DNA of 64,000 bases from Flaccisagitta enflata (Eukaryota), in contig OZ231126.1 in NCBI GenBank assembly GCA_965153355.1, positions 5,022,001 to 5,086,000 on the forward strand, read 5' to 3'. The translations under genes and the position numbers were made by a program. Below are positions 39,190 to 50,832 of this stretch, one piece after another. The notes beneath the pieces were generated by a model. The model was not told the origin of the DNA and did not search any database. It saw only the letters and a list, made by a program, of their open reading frames with translations. The first letter of the stretch is position 1, and every line of letters begins with the position of its first letter.

Positions 39190-40840
39190 TCAATGTGCAA
39201 CCAAAAAAGTATTAGGCCTATAAAAAAGAATAAGGCAATTTTTCGAGGGCAACCAAATAAAGACTACGCGGCGGAGAGGAAATGTACAACTAAAACTGGG
39301 GAAACCTATGATTCCGGTTCCGCCAAAAAGGGCCAAAGACCCCGCTTTTAACATACCGTCGGCGGAGACTGTTAGGAGGGGAGGCTTCTCGATCTCCGGG
39401 TTGACCGTTTCACACAGCCGCATGGCCTCATCATCTGCCAAGCTGTGAACTTGTTTCAGATGACGCAACAAATTCCCTTTCCAGGACACCTGGCAACAGG
39501 AAAATGATAAGACGTAAAGATATATGGAATGAAGTGGCATGGAAATTGAACTATTACAGAAGGAGAAGGTGGCCTGGATGCACTGTACAATGCAGCAATT
39601 TTAAGGGCATGGAAAGATCAGATAGACTGATGCAGCATGGAGAGATCAGATAGACTGATGCAGATTAGAGAGATCAGAGAGACTGATGCAGAATGTTGGT
39701 ATGCAGATGCAGAATTTTGTGAAATAATGCAGTGTGATAAACTGATGGTACGGAATTCTGAGGCAAGAATATCAAATAAACAATACGTAGTATGAAAATT
39801 CAAACCAATACTAAGACAACGTCAATGATCAAACTACAAAACTTACTTTTCATCCGCAAGTAGGGCAAGCGTACAACCTACGACCTTTATGCAAAGTCAT
39901 ATGTTGGTCGAGGTGATGCTTTTGAGAAAAGGCCTTTCTGCAGCAAACGCAGACGAAGCTTCTTTCTTTCCCGTCAGGCCCTACCATCGATGATGTCGTA
40001 CCATGAGAAGGCGTCATCGCAGACGTCACGGACTGTTTGGCGATGATAGAAGAGAATAATAAACAAATACAGTTACACACCGCTACGGCAGATTCAAGAA
40101 TAGCGGAAATATGCCAATAATCGAAACTCACCTATATTGCGATTAGCACACTTGTTTGGTTCTTTCAAATCCATAAATCTTAAAAACAGCAAGCGTTTAT
40201 GCTTGGGTGTGTGGATAGACTGATGATGCTCTCCTCGAACAGATAGGAATGGTGCTGATGCATGACAATGTGTGGCAAATGGCAGCAACTTAAGGTTCCA
40301 TGTACAAACCTGTGCAAATCCATCGATCTCTAGAATGCTAGCGTCGATCGCGTTGGCGGCGTCGTTGGGCTCGGCGGCGGCTTCACTCGAGGCTTTTGCT
40401 TATATTTTCATGTCGACATTCATCGTCGCCAAGTTACTTCCGCCGCCGCTGCCGATGCTGCCGCCGGGCATGCCGCCCACACTCACAGCCCCGCCTTCCC
40501 CATGCATGAAGCGATGATTTCTTAGGGCGGTGGCGGTGAAGTAGCGCTTACCGCACAAAGAACACATGAATCGTTTTTTGACCTGATGAAACGGAGAGGA
40601 GAAAAGACATATAGGGCCAGTAACAGAGCTATAGCTAACAATGGATCTTTTCATTATCGACGATAGAGCGATAAGACGGCCCTTAGAGGCATTCGCTTGT
40701 CCTTGAGCGCCGTGTATAGATCCTGCGTTGGACAAACTTCTGTCCCCTGAGGCTTCCCCATCAACTCCTATTCCTCCGCATGACGCGATTCCTTCACCAG
40801 ATAATAAACCGCCAGGGGCGCTTCCACCGGATCCACTCTT
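39190..40840 (-). pseudogene. Spliced C2H2 zinc-finger gene (3 fingers) with two in-frame stops
   Basis: Exons ~40840-40310 (possible small intron ending at 40583), 40032-39847 and 39489-39190, all phase 0 GT-AG. Fingers: CSLCGKRYFTATALRNHRFMH, CVCCRKAFSQKHHLDQHMTLH, CPTCG*K|VSWKGNLLRHLKQVH. TAA at 40400-40402, TGA at 39850-39852. Confidence 0.75.
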
Positions 40841-41930
40841 CTGTGACGCCAACGTCAAAGAAAAAGGAAAACAAATGGCCCATATTCAGCATGTCATGTA
40901 TCTTCTTATATTTTCTGTGTGATTCTCCTCATCGACTCATCACAATACTCATCATCATCATCATCACCACACTAATCATCATCAGCAACATTCTCTTCCA
41001 CATCTTCAATATACTGTAAACACTCAAAACTGCTCAACACCCCATCTTCTCCCTCTTCCTCCTCATGCCACAACTTCCTCCTCATAATCAACATCCCATG
41101 ATTTTCCCATCTTTTACTCATCCTCGTCACCATCCCTTCCTCTTCCTTCTCAGCATCCCACAGCTCTTCCTCATCATCCCAACTTTCTCCACATCCCAAC
41201 TTTCTCCTCATCCCAACTCCTTACTTTTCCTCCTCATATCTCCTCCGTCCTCATCCCATCTCTTTCCTCGTCAGCATCCCTTCCTCTTCCTTCTTACCAG
41301 CACACAGTAAACCGTGACAAAAAAAAAGTATGCCAGGGCTTAGTTTATTCATACCAAACCAGCGCATTCTTTTTATTAGTTACCACACCCCGGGATTAGA
41401 GGCAAAAAGAATTTTTCAAAACTCATATTTCAAAGTGATTTTTTTTTTTTTTCCTGATCAATGACTCCAAATTTAGCATAGAAAGTAATGGGAATCCATT
41501 TTACAGGCTCTTCTTGGCTCCAGCGAAGTTCCTATTTTTGTTATTGGGAACCTTACACGTGAGATGGAAGGTCTAAAAGCGTAAGGTCAGAAATTCTATA
41601 CTCCATATGTCCACACACAATCATCACAACATCATATCGGCGAGGTACACACACAAAATCACTAAAACACTCACACACGCGTACACACATCCAGGAACAC
41701 GCACACGCAAATGTACTATCTTGGAAATAAAGAATTTTACTCTTTGAAAGCAAGTTAATTTATTGATATGAAAATGGATATAAGTTGATCGTAGAGCCAT
41801 CAATATTTAGTGTGAGCCCCTTTTGACTGAATCCCATCCGCCATTTTTTAAGGAAGTGTTTTGTAGAGCTTTTTGATTATTTCTGGGGTGAAGACCATCC
41901 AGACAATTTGCATCATTTCCTTGATCCCTT

Positions 41931-44323
41931 TTTTTAGTCGCGTGCACGCGACTCTATACCCCGCTTTGTCCGTCCATCCGTCCGTCCGTCAGTCGGTTGG
42001 TCGGTCGGTCCCCATTTTACTTTTTTTATTCTTTTTCTTCCTATCAAGTCATTTTAAGTCAATTAAGTGATTTTGAGTCAAATTAGATCATTTTAAGTCA
42101 CTTTAAGTCAAATTAAGTCACTTGAGTCATTATTGAATTTTAGTCAATTTAAGTCAATCTAGGTCATTTTAAGTCATTTTAAGTAAATTCAAGTCAATTT
42201 AAGTCAGTTTAACTCAGTATAAGTCAATTTAAGGCAGTATAAGTCAATTTTTATTTACATGATTATAGGTAATTATAGGTCATAATGCAATTTTGGGTAA
42301 TCATAGGTAATTATAGGTCATTATAGGTCATTATGCAATTTCAGGTAATCATTGGTCATTATTGGTAATCATCGGTCATTATAGGTATTTATAGGTTATA
42401 ATGCAATTATAGGTCCTTATAGGTAATTATAGGTAGTTACAGGTAATTATAGGTAATAATTGGTCATTATAGTTGATTATAGGTAATTATAGGTAATTAT
42501 AGGTTATTATGCTATTATAAGTTATTATGCAATTATAGGTCATTATAGGTAATTATAGGTCATTATAGGTAATTATAGGTTATTATGCAATTATAGGTCA
42601 TTTTGGTCAGTATGTAATCATAGGTAAATATAGGAAATCATAGGTCATTATAGGTAATTTTAGGTAATTATAGGTTATATGTAATCATAGGTAATTATAG
42701 GTCATAATAGGTAATCATAGGTCATTATGCAATTAAAGGTCATTATTGGCAGTTATAGGTCATTATGTAATTATTGATAATTATAGGTAGTTATAGGTAA
42801 TTATAGGTAATTGTAGGTCATTTTGTAATTATGGGTAATTATAGGTCATTATAGGTCATTATAGATAATTATTGGTAATAAAAGGTCTTTATGCAATTAT
42901 GGGTAATTATAGGTAATTAAAGGTAATTAAAGGCAATTATAGGTCATTATGTAATTATAAGTAATAATAGGTAAGTATGACAGGTGGAACAAAATCCCTC
43001 ACTATACCCAAACTAAAAATATGGAAGAGGGCCTTGTGAGCCCTCACTGACTTGTTACTACGCGCATCACTCCTAGTTTTCCATTTAGCAAAACTAACTT
43101 AGCAAACATCCATTCTGAGTCTAACTCAAAACACTAATGCTTACCAAAATAGATAAGGGCTAATTATTGTTACCAGAGTTACCAAAATTCAACAAATCAC
43201 CCGAGGGTAACATTGTTAAGAAACCATACCCTTGAAGGATAGAATCGAGGTCAAGCTTAATGCGACCGCCGGACATTCTGATCCAAGGTACTGAGTAGTA
43301 TGACAGGTGGAACAAAATCCCTCACTATACCCAAACTAAAAATATAGGTCATAAAGTATAGGTCATTATAGGTAATTGTATGGTAATTATATAGACAATT
43401 TTCGGTAATTATAGGTCATTATTCAGCTATAGGTAATTATAGCTAATCATAGGTAATTATAGGTAATTATAGGTCATTATGCAATTATAGGTAATTATAG
43501 GTCATCATAGGTCATTATAGGTAATTATAGGTCATTATGTTATAATAGGTAATTATGGGTAATTATGGGTAAACATAGGTCAATATAGCAGGCCTGTATA
43601 TTCTTGAGTCCCCCCCCCCCGTGGGGGGGGGGAAAAAATCAAAGGGTCTGGAGATGGGGAAGGAAATCTAAGGGGGAAAAAAGAGAAAAAAAGGAAATTT
43701 GGGGAAAATCTAACTTTTTACAGTACCAAATCATAAAACTCAATTAGTAAAACACAATTTAACACTATTTAAACCTTAACTACACAGTTTTATTGCTATA
43801 TGGGGAAGAAAATCATGGATATAAAAATGCGACGCGACGCGTTGTGGGGAAGAAAATCAAAGGCAGGGGGGGGAAAAAAATCAAAAGCGACTCAAGAATA
43901 TACACCCCTGCAATATAGGTAATTATTGGTCCATATGTAATTTTAGGTAATTATAGGTCTTTATAGGTACTTATAGGTCATTATTTAATTATAGGGTAAT
44001 TATAGGTAATCATAGGTCATTATAGGTAATTATAGGTCATTATGTTATTATAGGTAATTATGGGTAATTATGGATAATCATATGTCATTATAGGTAATCA
44101 TTGGTCCATATGTAATTATAGGTAATCATAGGTCTTCATAGGTACTTATAGGTCATCATTTTATTATGGGTAATTATAGGTAATCATAGGTCATTATAGG
44201 CAATTATAGGTCAATAGGTAATTATTGTCATTATCGTCATTACAGGAAATAACGTTCTTCTATAATTAGGCGATTATATAAATAAGTAAGTCTCGCACGC
44301 GACTTATAGGTGTTGGCCTTGTT
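41931..44323 (+). mobile_element. HINE-like element whose central 10-bp repeat has expanded to ~2.2 kb
   Basis: Same 5' and 3' ends as 33121-33492. The interior is TAAGTCATTT shifting to TTATAGGTAA/TTATAGGTCA arrays. Confidence 0.8.
43589..43910. mobile_element. hAT-type MITE
   Basis: CAGGCCTGTATATTCTTGAGTC / GACTCAAGAATATACACCCCTG, 8-bp TSD CAATATAG. Confidence 0.9.
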
Positions 44324-44907
44324 CTTTACTGCATTTAGACCTTAAGTAGAGAACGGAAATGTCGCACCTCCAACTTGATGAAAATAATTGTTGAAAATCA
44401 GCTTAATTCCCCGTGGAAATTGGTTGGACATGCAAACACTAACCAATGATTACTTAGTTTTTAGCCATATTTTTGTTAACATGGGTGAAATCATGTCAGG
44501 ACGCACCTGAAAACTATTGAGCAGAATTGCTTCAGTTGACAGTTTCTGATTGAACTACGCAAAATTGAAAGAAGATTTTGACCCAGTTTTTGTTAGGTTA
44601 TCATTGTCTCGTATGTATAAAACAAGGCCCGATACACGGCTACCTTAGTCGCATGCGGGTGGGCAGGGGTGGCAAAAAAAAGCTAAGCGTGATGGATGGA
44701 CGGACCAACGGACCGACAGACCAACAGACCGACCAACAGACGGACAGAGTGGGTTGTAGAGTCACGTGCACGCGACTAAAAAGAACCCCGTCAAAAATTT
44801 TTTGAACAAATACTTTTGAAAACACCTAACATTTGCAAAAAAAACGATGCAGAATTTTTTGGCTTCCCCTTACTACTTAAAGCTCCAAAGAGATTCAACA
44901 AATCCTA

Positions 44908-45158
44908 TAAAAATTGGTGACATAAATGTAGCCCTTCAAATTTATAAGCAGTCTACGCAAATCGCATCTGTCTATCTCAATACATTTAGGAGTAATTCAA
45001 TAAAGAGCAAAATGATATCATTTCTAGATTGTGTAGAATTGGCATAAGCAGAATTGAAATATTTCATTCAAAGTTGAATAACTTTTGAGTTAGAGAGATG
45101 TAGCTTGCGTAGATTGCTTGCAAATTTGAAGGGCTTTAATTTGGTCACCAATTTTTTT
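44908..45158. mobile_element. Degenerate foldback element
   Basis: AAAATTGGTGAC..AGCCCTTCAAATTT..TCTACGCAA mirrored by TTGCGTAGA..AAATTTGAAGGGCT..GTCACCAATTTT. Confidence 0.6.
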
Positions 45159-45387
45159 TAAGATCAGGCTAACAAAACCAGAGATATCAGTTAAAACATG
45201 AATAAAGATTTCTATTTCCAAGATAGTACACACCAACACTGACAGACAATCACGCGAAAAGGGCAATTTTTTGCATCAAAGCCCCTGATATACTTCTGGA
45301 TTAGTTAATGTTATCAAAACGTATGTCCGTTCCCCCCCCCCCATCAGAAGCAGAGCCAAAAGAAGTCTAAACAACCAAAACAAACCT

Positions 45388-47841
45388 TTATAGGGGCCAA
45401 AAAGATTTATGTTTACGCCTCAGATCTTGCATAGGATCAAAGGGAAAGAGTAAAGATTCACAATTCAAGCGCTCAAGAATTACCTTAGGCTTGATGTAAT
45501 AAACCGGTTGCGCGTCTCCATCAACATGAAGTTTCTCAGATTTGTTAGAGGGCAGACAAAACACAACAAATTTGTCAGTTTTGATAAGTAACGGATAGAC
45601 AACAAATGGTTGGTTGTCTGGCCAGTTGAAATTTGAGTGTGTTTGTTTGATTTGTTCTGAAGACATTCTGTCGACAAAATTTTTGACTTTGGCAACTACT
45701 TTCTCTGGCAGACGGCAATCATGGCAATGATGGTTTGAGTGTTCAAAAACCGCCTCCAAGTAGTCTGAGGCTAAGACAGTTTTCAGATTTTCTTCCAAAG
45801 GAAATCGTTTTTCCGCAATAATCATCATCATTTCTTGCAGTATTTCTGCTATGTCAGAGATAGATTCTTTCATGGCAATGCCTGTCTGAATGATTTCACA
45901 GATCATATGAACAAGTCTGAGTTCATCTGCGCTATAGCAACTCTGTAGGATATGCTTCATGAGGTTGAGAATTCTTTGCTTTGAGCGGCTCTGATTGCAT
46001 TTTCTGCGAATTTGCGCCATCGTGCAGCGGAACACTGACAGGTGAGTGTCCTGGAGAGGTCCTTTGGTTACTTGAAGTGGAAGGACAATTTCCTCATGAC
46101 TTAGAAACAAAGAAATGACATATTCTCGACTGTTTCGATGGTAGAATTGGAATACCCTCTCATCGTCATCTCCTTTTTCTTCAAGAATGTCCAGTCTTAA
46201 AACTAGATTCACTTCCTCCTTCTTTAAAAGGTTCTTCAACTCTTCCTGCAAATCGTTTCTGCTCAGATCTTGAAATCCAATGATTGATCGACCATTGCAA
46301 ATGAATACAGCATGACCCAGTTGCACAAGGAGATGCATATTGTTTTTCAGTATTCTGTAGGCATCAGTTTCTAGGATTTGACGCCGGTCCTCTTTGAGAT
46401 CTTCCTTCTTTGTTGCTGAATATTTCTTATCATTTTCCAGTTGAATGTCAATGGATTTCACAAGCTCAGATTTGATGATCATTCCATTGAGTCCATCTGA
46501 AATGTCCAATTGACTTGCAATGACGTGACTCATGCGGTCTTGATTGAATAGACAGCAGATCAGTGCTGCGTTGATTGGTATGGGAAACGCAGACTTGAGG
46601 ATATCATTTGCCTGCCAAACATTGATAATGTCATTCCTTTTTGTATCATGTGACCTTGTTTTGGTAGTGGAAAATGGGAATTTGTTTACAAATTCTTCAC
46701 ATTGCTTTTCATCAAGATTTTTTAGACTGAATTCTATCCTGTCCCGTTCTATTTCATTGAGTATCGGTCTTCCTTCTTCTCTCGTTAGAATCAGGAAAAC
46801 ACTCTCCCTGTAAAAATCTTCATTTCTTTGGAGGTATTTAATGGCATCAACGTGAGAGCGACTTTCATCGAGCCCATCAAGAATCCAGAGAATCGATTTT
46901 TGACATCTTCTTAGAGAATGTTTGATTTCCTCCAGTTGTGGATCTTCAAATTGACCCCGTAAGAATGTGTATTGTTTCAGCAAAGAATCAAATGCATTTT
47001 CCTCGGGATCAGCAATCTTCATTTCAATACGGGCTACAATTTCGAATGGAAGCAAGCATTCTCCTTCCGCCCATTCTAAAACAACTTTTTTGGAAAGTGT
47101 TGTCTTTCCTCGTCCTCCTGCCGCCACCAGTAGAAGGTGTTTGTTTCCCTGCCTCACCTCACTTTCAATTGCCAAAGTTAATCCACTGAAAGAAATCCCT
47201 TGGAACTCATCGAATTCACTTAATTCCTCCTCAACATCAGGTTCATAATCCGTCGCCCTGGCGTTATCCTCTGAGTCTTCTTCTGAAATGTCAGCAATAT
47301 CTGCGTTCAGTGTTTTTGCGGCAGTGTTTCTCTCCTCTTCTTCTTCCTCGGCGAGGACCGGGTTGACTCGTTGATTCAGAACAGCATATTTTAAATCCAT
47401 ACGAATTTTTGATGCTGGGATGAGGATGGTTGAATGATCTTTTCTTACATGCTCTTTTAAGGCTTTTGAAAACTCCCCAAGTAATGGATTATCAGAGGAA
47501 TTTTGAGATGCAATCTTGTCGCGACCTCTATGGCAATAGGCCTGGCAGCACTTTACTGTTGTGTTTTTTATGATAGTGCTTGCACTGTTCAATTCGGTAA
47601 TGGTGCTCCCTTTAACTGAACAATTTACGGAAGCAGCTCCATCAGTATGCTTATCTTCTTGTCCTTCATCTTCATCTTGAGTTTTACCTTTCTTTTGTTT
47701 AGCACCTCCTTTGCTGCTTTTTTTTCGTTTCAACACCCCCTCACAGTCATCAGCTTTCATGTCGTCACTACAATCATCCCCGTCATACTCATACTCATCA
47801 TCAGTAGGACAGTTTGCCCTCCCAGTTGTTTTTGTCGTCAT
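45388..47841 (-). CDS. NACHT-domain (NLR-like STAND NTPase) protein, 817 aa, single coding exon
   Basis: Walker A AAGGRGKTT, Walker B ILWILDGLDE, sensor-1 FLILTR, PINAALIC, and winged-helix FQFYHRNSREY. A splice acceptor at ~48009 gives a 5' UTR. Confidence 0.9.
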   Translation of the reverse strand: MTTKTTGRANCPTDDEYEYDGDDCSDDMKADDCEGVLKRKKSSKGGAKQKKGKTQDEDEGQEDKHTDGAASVNCSVKGSTITELNSASTIIKNTTVKCCQAYCHRGRDKIASQNSSDNPLLGEFSKALKEHVRKDHSTILIPASKIRMDLKYAVLNQRVNPVLAEEEEEERNTAAKTLNADIADISEEDSEDNARATDYEPDVEEELSEFDEFQGISFSGLTLAIESEVRQGNKHLLLVAAGGRGKTTLSKKVVLEWAEGECLLPFEIVARIEMKIADPEENAFDSLLKQYTFLRGQFEDPQLEEIKHSLRRCQKSILWILDGLDESRSHVDAIKYLQRNEDFYRESVFLILTREEGRPILNEIERDRIEFSLKNLDEKQCEEFVNKFPFSTTKTRSHDTKRNDIINVWQANDILKSAFPIPINAALICCLFNQDRMSHVIASQLDISDGLNGMIIKSELVKSIDIQLENDKKYSATKKEDLKEDRRQILETDAYRILKNNMHLLVQLGHAVFICNGRSIIGFQDLSRNDLQEELKNLLKKEEVNLVLRLDILEEKGDDDERVFQFYHRNSREYVISLFLSHEEIVLPLQVTKGPLQDTHLSVFRCTMAQIRRKCNQSRSKQRILNLMKHILQSCYSADELRLVHMICEIIQTGIAMKESISDIAEILQEMMMIIAEKRFPLEENLKTVLASDYLEAVFEHSNHHCHDCRLPEKVVAKVKNFVDRMSSEQIKQTHSNFNWPDNQPFVVYPLLIKTDKFVVFCLPSNKSEKLHVDGDAQPVYYIKPKVILERLNCESLLFPFDPMQDLRRKHKSFWPL

Positions 47842-48030
47842 TTTGAAGGCATTGGATGCAATTTTATCAAGCTACATGTACTCTCATGGAATTAGAGGTA
47901 TGTAACTGTAGAAAATCCAAGTTGAATGAGCGGCGATCAAGAGGTACAAAGGGTGGTGACGGTATCAAGAGAGATTATATTGACCACACTTAAAATTGCA
48001 TGAAGTACCTGTGAAAAAAACAGTTATGTT

Positions 48031-50075
48031 CCGTATTTCTTGCATTTATCGCCCCCCCCTCTAATTAGCGCCCCCCCCCTTTTGATGAGAGAATGAGTTA
48101 ATGACAAATTATCTTTTTAATTGCAGACACGCAACTCTATAAGAGGCTTTCACCGTCCGTCTGTCCGTCTGTCCGTCCGCCCGCCCGTCCGTTGGTCCGT
48201 CAGCACAAGTCAAATAGTGGGAAAATAAGTGTTTCAGATGCTTTTTGGGTATATGTGTAGTGTTTGGGGTGTGGATGGAGGTTGGACGCCCCTGCTCACC
48301 TGTCCCCGACGATATTGTGACCCCGCGTCACTTGTTTTGTGAAGAATCCTTTAAAATTCATTTTGAATTCAGTTTATTTTTTTGTAAAAACCACATGAGT
48401 ACAGCCTGTAATACACCAAAAACTTAATTTCTTAGTATTTTACTGCACTGAAATATAAAAGATTTGTCAAAAAAAGTGAATTTAATGTAACATCTTCTAC
48501 ATTGAATAACGATCTCTTTGTTTTAATTTATAGAGTTAAAATTGAAACGCGTTCTGAAAAAAACTTGCCCCCTGAAGTGTCAAGAGTCAGGCGTAAATCA
48601 CCACCGATCTAGGCTTTCTTGGGTTTGTTTGACGGAGATATGTTTTCTCTCACGGCCCTTGCTAACTAGAATTGTCATTTGTTTTTTTAGTCGCGTGCAC
48701 GCGACTCTATGACCCGCTCTGTCCGTCTGTTGGTCCGTCGGTCTGTCGGTCCATCGGTCACGCTTAGCTTTTTTTCGTCGTTTTACGTCATATCAAGTCA
48801 TTTTAAATAGTATTTTAGTCTTTTAGTCTTTTGGTCTTATGGTCTTAACAACCGCACGCAACTGTAAGGTGTTGGCCTTGTTGTAATAGATAATAGGTAT
48901 ATATATAAAAACAATTGATGATTGACAAACACAACTTCACGTTCAGAGTTAAGAGTCCAGGGACTGAAAGGTCAACTTCAGAGAAGTGAATCAAAATCAT
49001 TTTAAAGCATAAGCATTTCGTCTACGTCAAAACAAGTTTTGTTCTCAAAAACCTTCATCTTTAGAGGTTATTTCCCTTTTCCAACACGATCTACTTCCCA
49101 ACGAGGATGAACACTCATGGTAAAGCGTCTTTTTAAGAGGCTTTTTCTGTGACACTCTGCGTGTCTCACTCTGCTGTAACAAGTTGCACACGTGCACCAA
49201 AACAAACTGAAGATTATCTTTTTAGTCGCGCTACGCGACTCTACACCCCGCTTTGTCGATCCGTCCGTTGGTCGGTCGGTTGGTTGGTCGGTCAGTCAGT
49301 TGGTCCCCTTTTTACTTTTTTGACTTTTTTAGGTTTTTGGGCTCACAGCTCATTCCCAAATGCCATTATAAGTCATTCTAAGTCACTTTAAGTCATTTTA
49401 AGTCATTTTATGTGATTTTAAGTCATATTGAGTTATATTAGGTCACCTAAGTCAATAAGGTCAATATGGTCATTAAAGTCATATTAAGTCATTTTGAGTC
49501 ATTTCAGGTCACCTTGAGTCATTTAAAGTCAATTAAAGTCATCTTAGGCTATTTATGTCCCGCACGTGACTTATAGGTGTTGGCTTTGTTTCCTAAGCAG
49601 ATTGCATTACTCTTACAGTTGCATGCACTCTGATTCAAATTAGGCAGCGCTTTTTAATCCTGAAGACAATCTCCAAAAATTAGTTTTGCTAGGATTTTCT
49701 ACGTTTTTGTAGGAAAGATGGCACGCACTTATACATGTGAAGTGGAAATTTGATTCTGAAAAAGAAAAGTGGGGGCGAGTTTTAGAAGATAAGCGTACAA
49801 TTCATCAACCATACTTTTTTGCTCCTTTTGATAATGAAATTGAAGTTAACATGTAAACAATGTAAGCTGATGAGTTTTGGCCCCGCTAGTTTTTTTTGCG
49901 ACATCAACTTGCATAGGTGGGAAAAAATTCCATGTTCAGATGCGTAAGGAGTTAACTCTCACTTTGCTCTCTATCTACATATAAGTTACCAAGGGGGCGC
50001 TAATTACAGGTTGAAAATGGCAATGTATCATGTTTATTTGGAAAGCGCCCGGGGCGCTAATTACAAGAAATACGG
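48031..50075. mobile_element. pogo/Tigger-like non-autonomous element carrying several HINE-like insertions
   Basis: CCGTATTTCTTG..TAATTAGCGCCCC / GGGGCGCTAATTACAAGAAATACGG|TA. Confidence 0.65.
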
Positions 50076-50832
50076 TAAGTCCAGATCCTACAAAAATCTG
50101 ATCGGGAAAAAAGTCAAAGTCAGTCTTCAACTTTTTCACATATTTGAGAGAAACAGGGTTTTCATTTCTTGTTAGAAAGTTGAAAATCTCCACCAACCGA
50201 ATAGGTCCTCCAATGGAATTGATAGGGTAAGTAAATCTAATAATTCTCTTTCATTTGGCGCCAAGCAGAATGCTCTACAACAAATATTTTTCGCATTATG
50301 ATTTTTTAAAGATTTTTTTTACAAGAATTGTCAATTGAATTTTTTTTGATTTTTTATGATTTTAAGTAGGATCAAACAAGGAGTGTATTTATGTTTGTTT
50401 CAGCGTGCAAATACAAAAAAACATGTTTATGCGCATAGCTGCTCATCTGGGAGGGTGTTTTGGAGGATTCTAGCTCATTTAGCTCATTTAGCTTGGTTTC
50501 TTTTTTTTTATTTTAAATGTGATAAATGAATAAATATTACGATACATGTTTAAGAAAGCAGATATAAAAAAAGTATCAGTGAGCATAACTGCTCATCTGT
50601 GAGAGTGTTTTTAAGCATTTTAGCTCATTTAGCTCATTTAGCTAGGGTCCTAACTTCGCGAGCAATTGAGATGCACAAAGAGTTAAAGCAAGTTATGTAT
50701 GTGTAGTTCAAGTTTGGAAACTATCAAGGTCATCCGTTGAGTGCAATGATTCCACCAAGGACGTTTTGTGACAGGGGGTCCGGGTCATCGGCGGATCTTT
50801 GTCACAAGTGTTCTTTTGTTGACCTTCCTCCT

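Noticed and set aside
39850-40402. Alternative genetic code or stop readthrough
   Set aside because: Two different stops are involved, there are other signs of decay, and long stop-free ORFs occur elsewhere in the window.
40920-41310. Acidic ORF 40972-41211 as a zinc-finger gene exon
   Set aside because: It is a TC-rich low-complexity tract without convincing splice boundaries.
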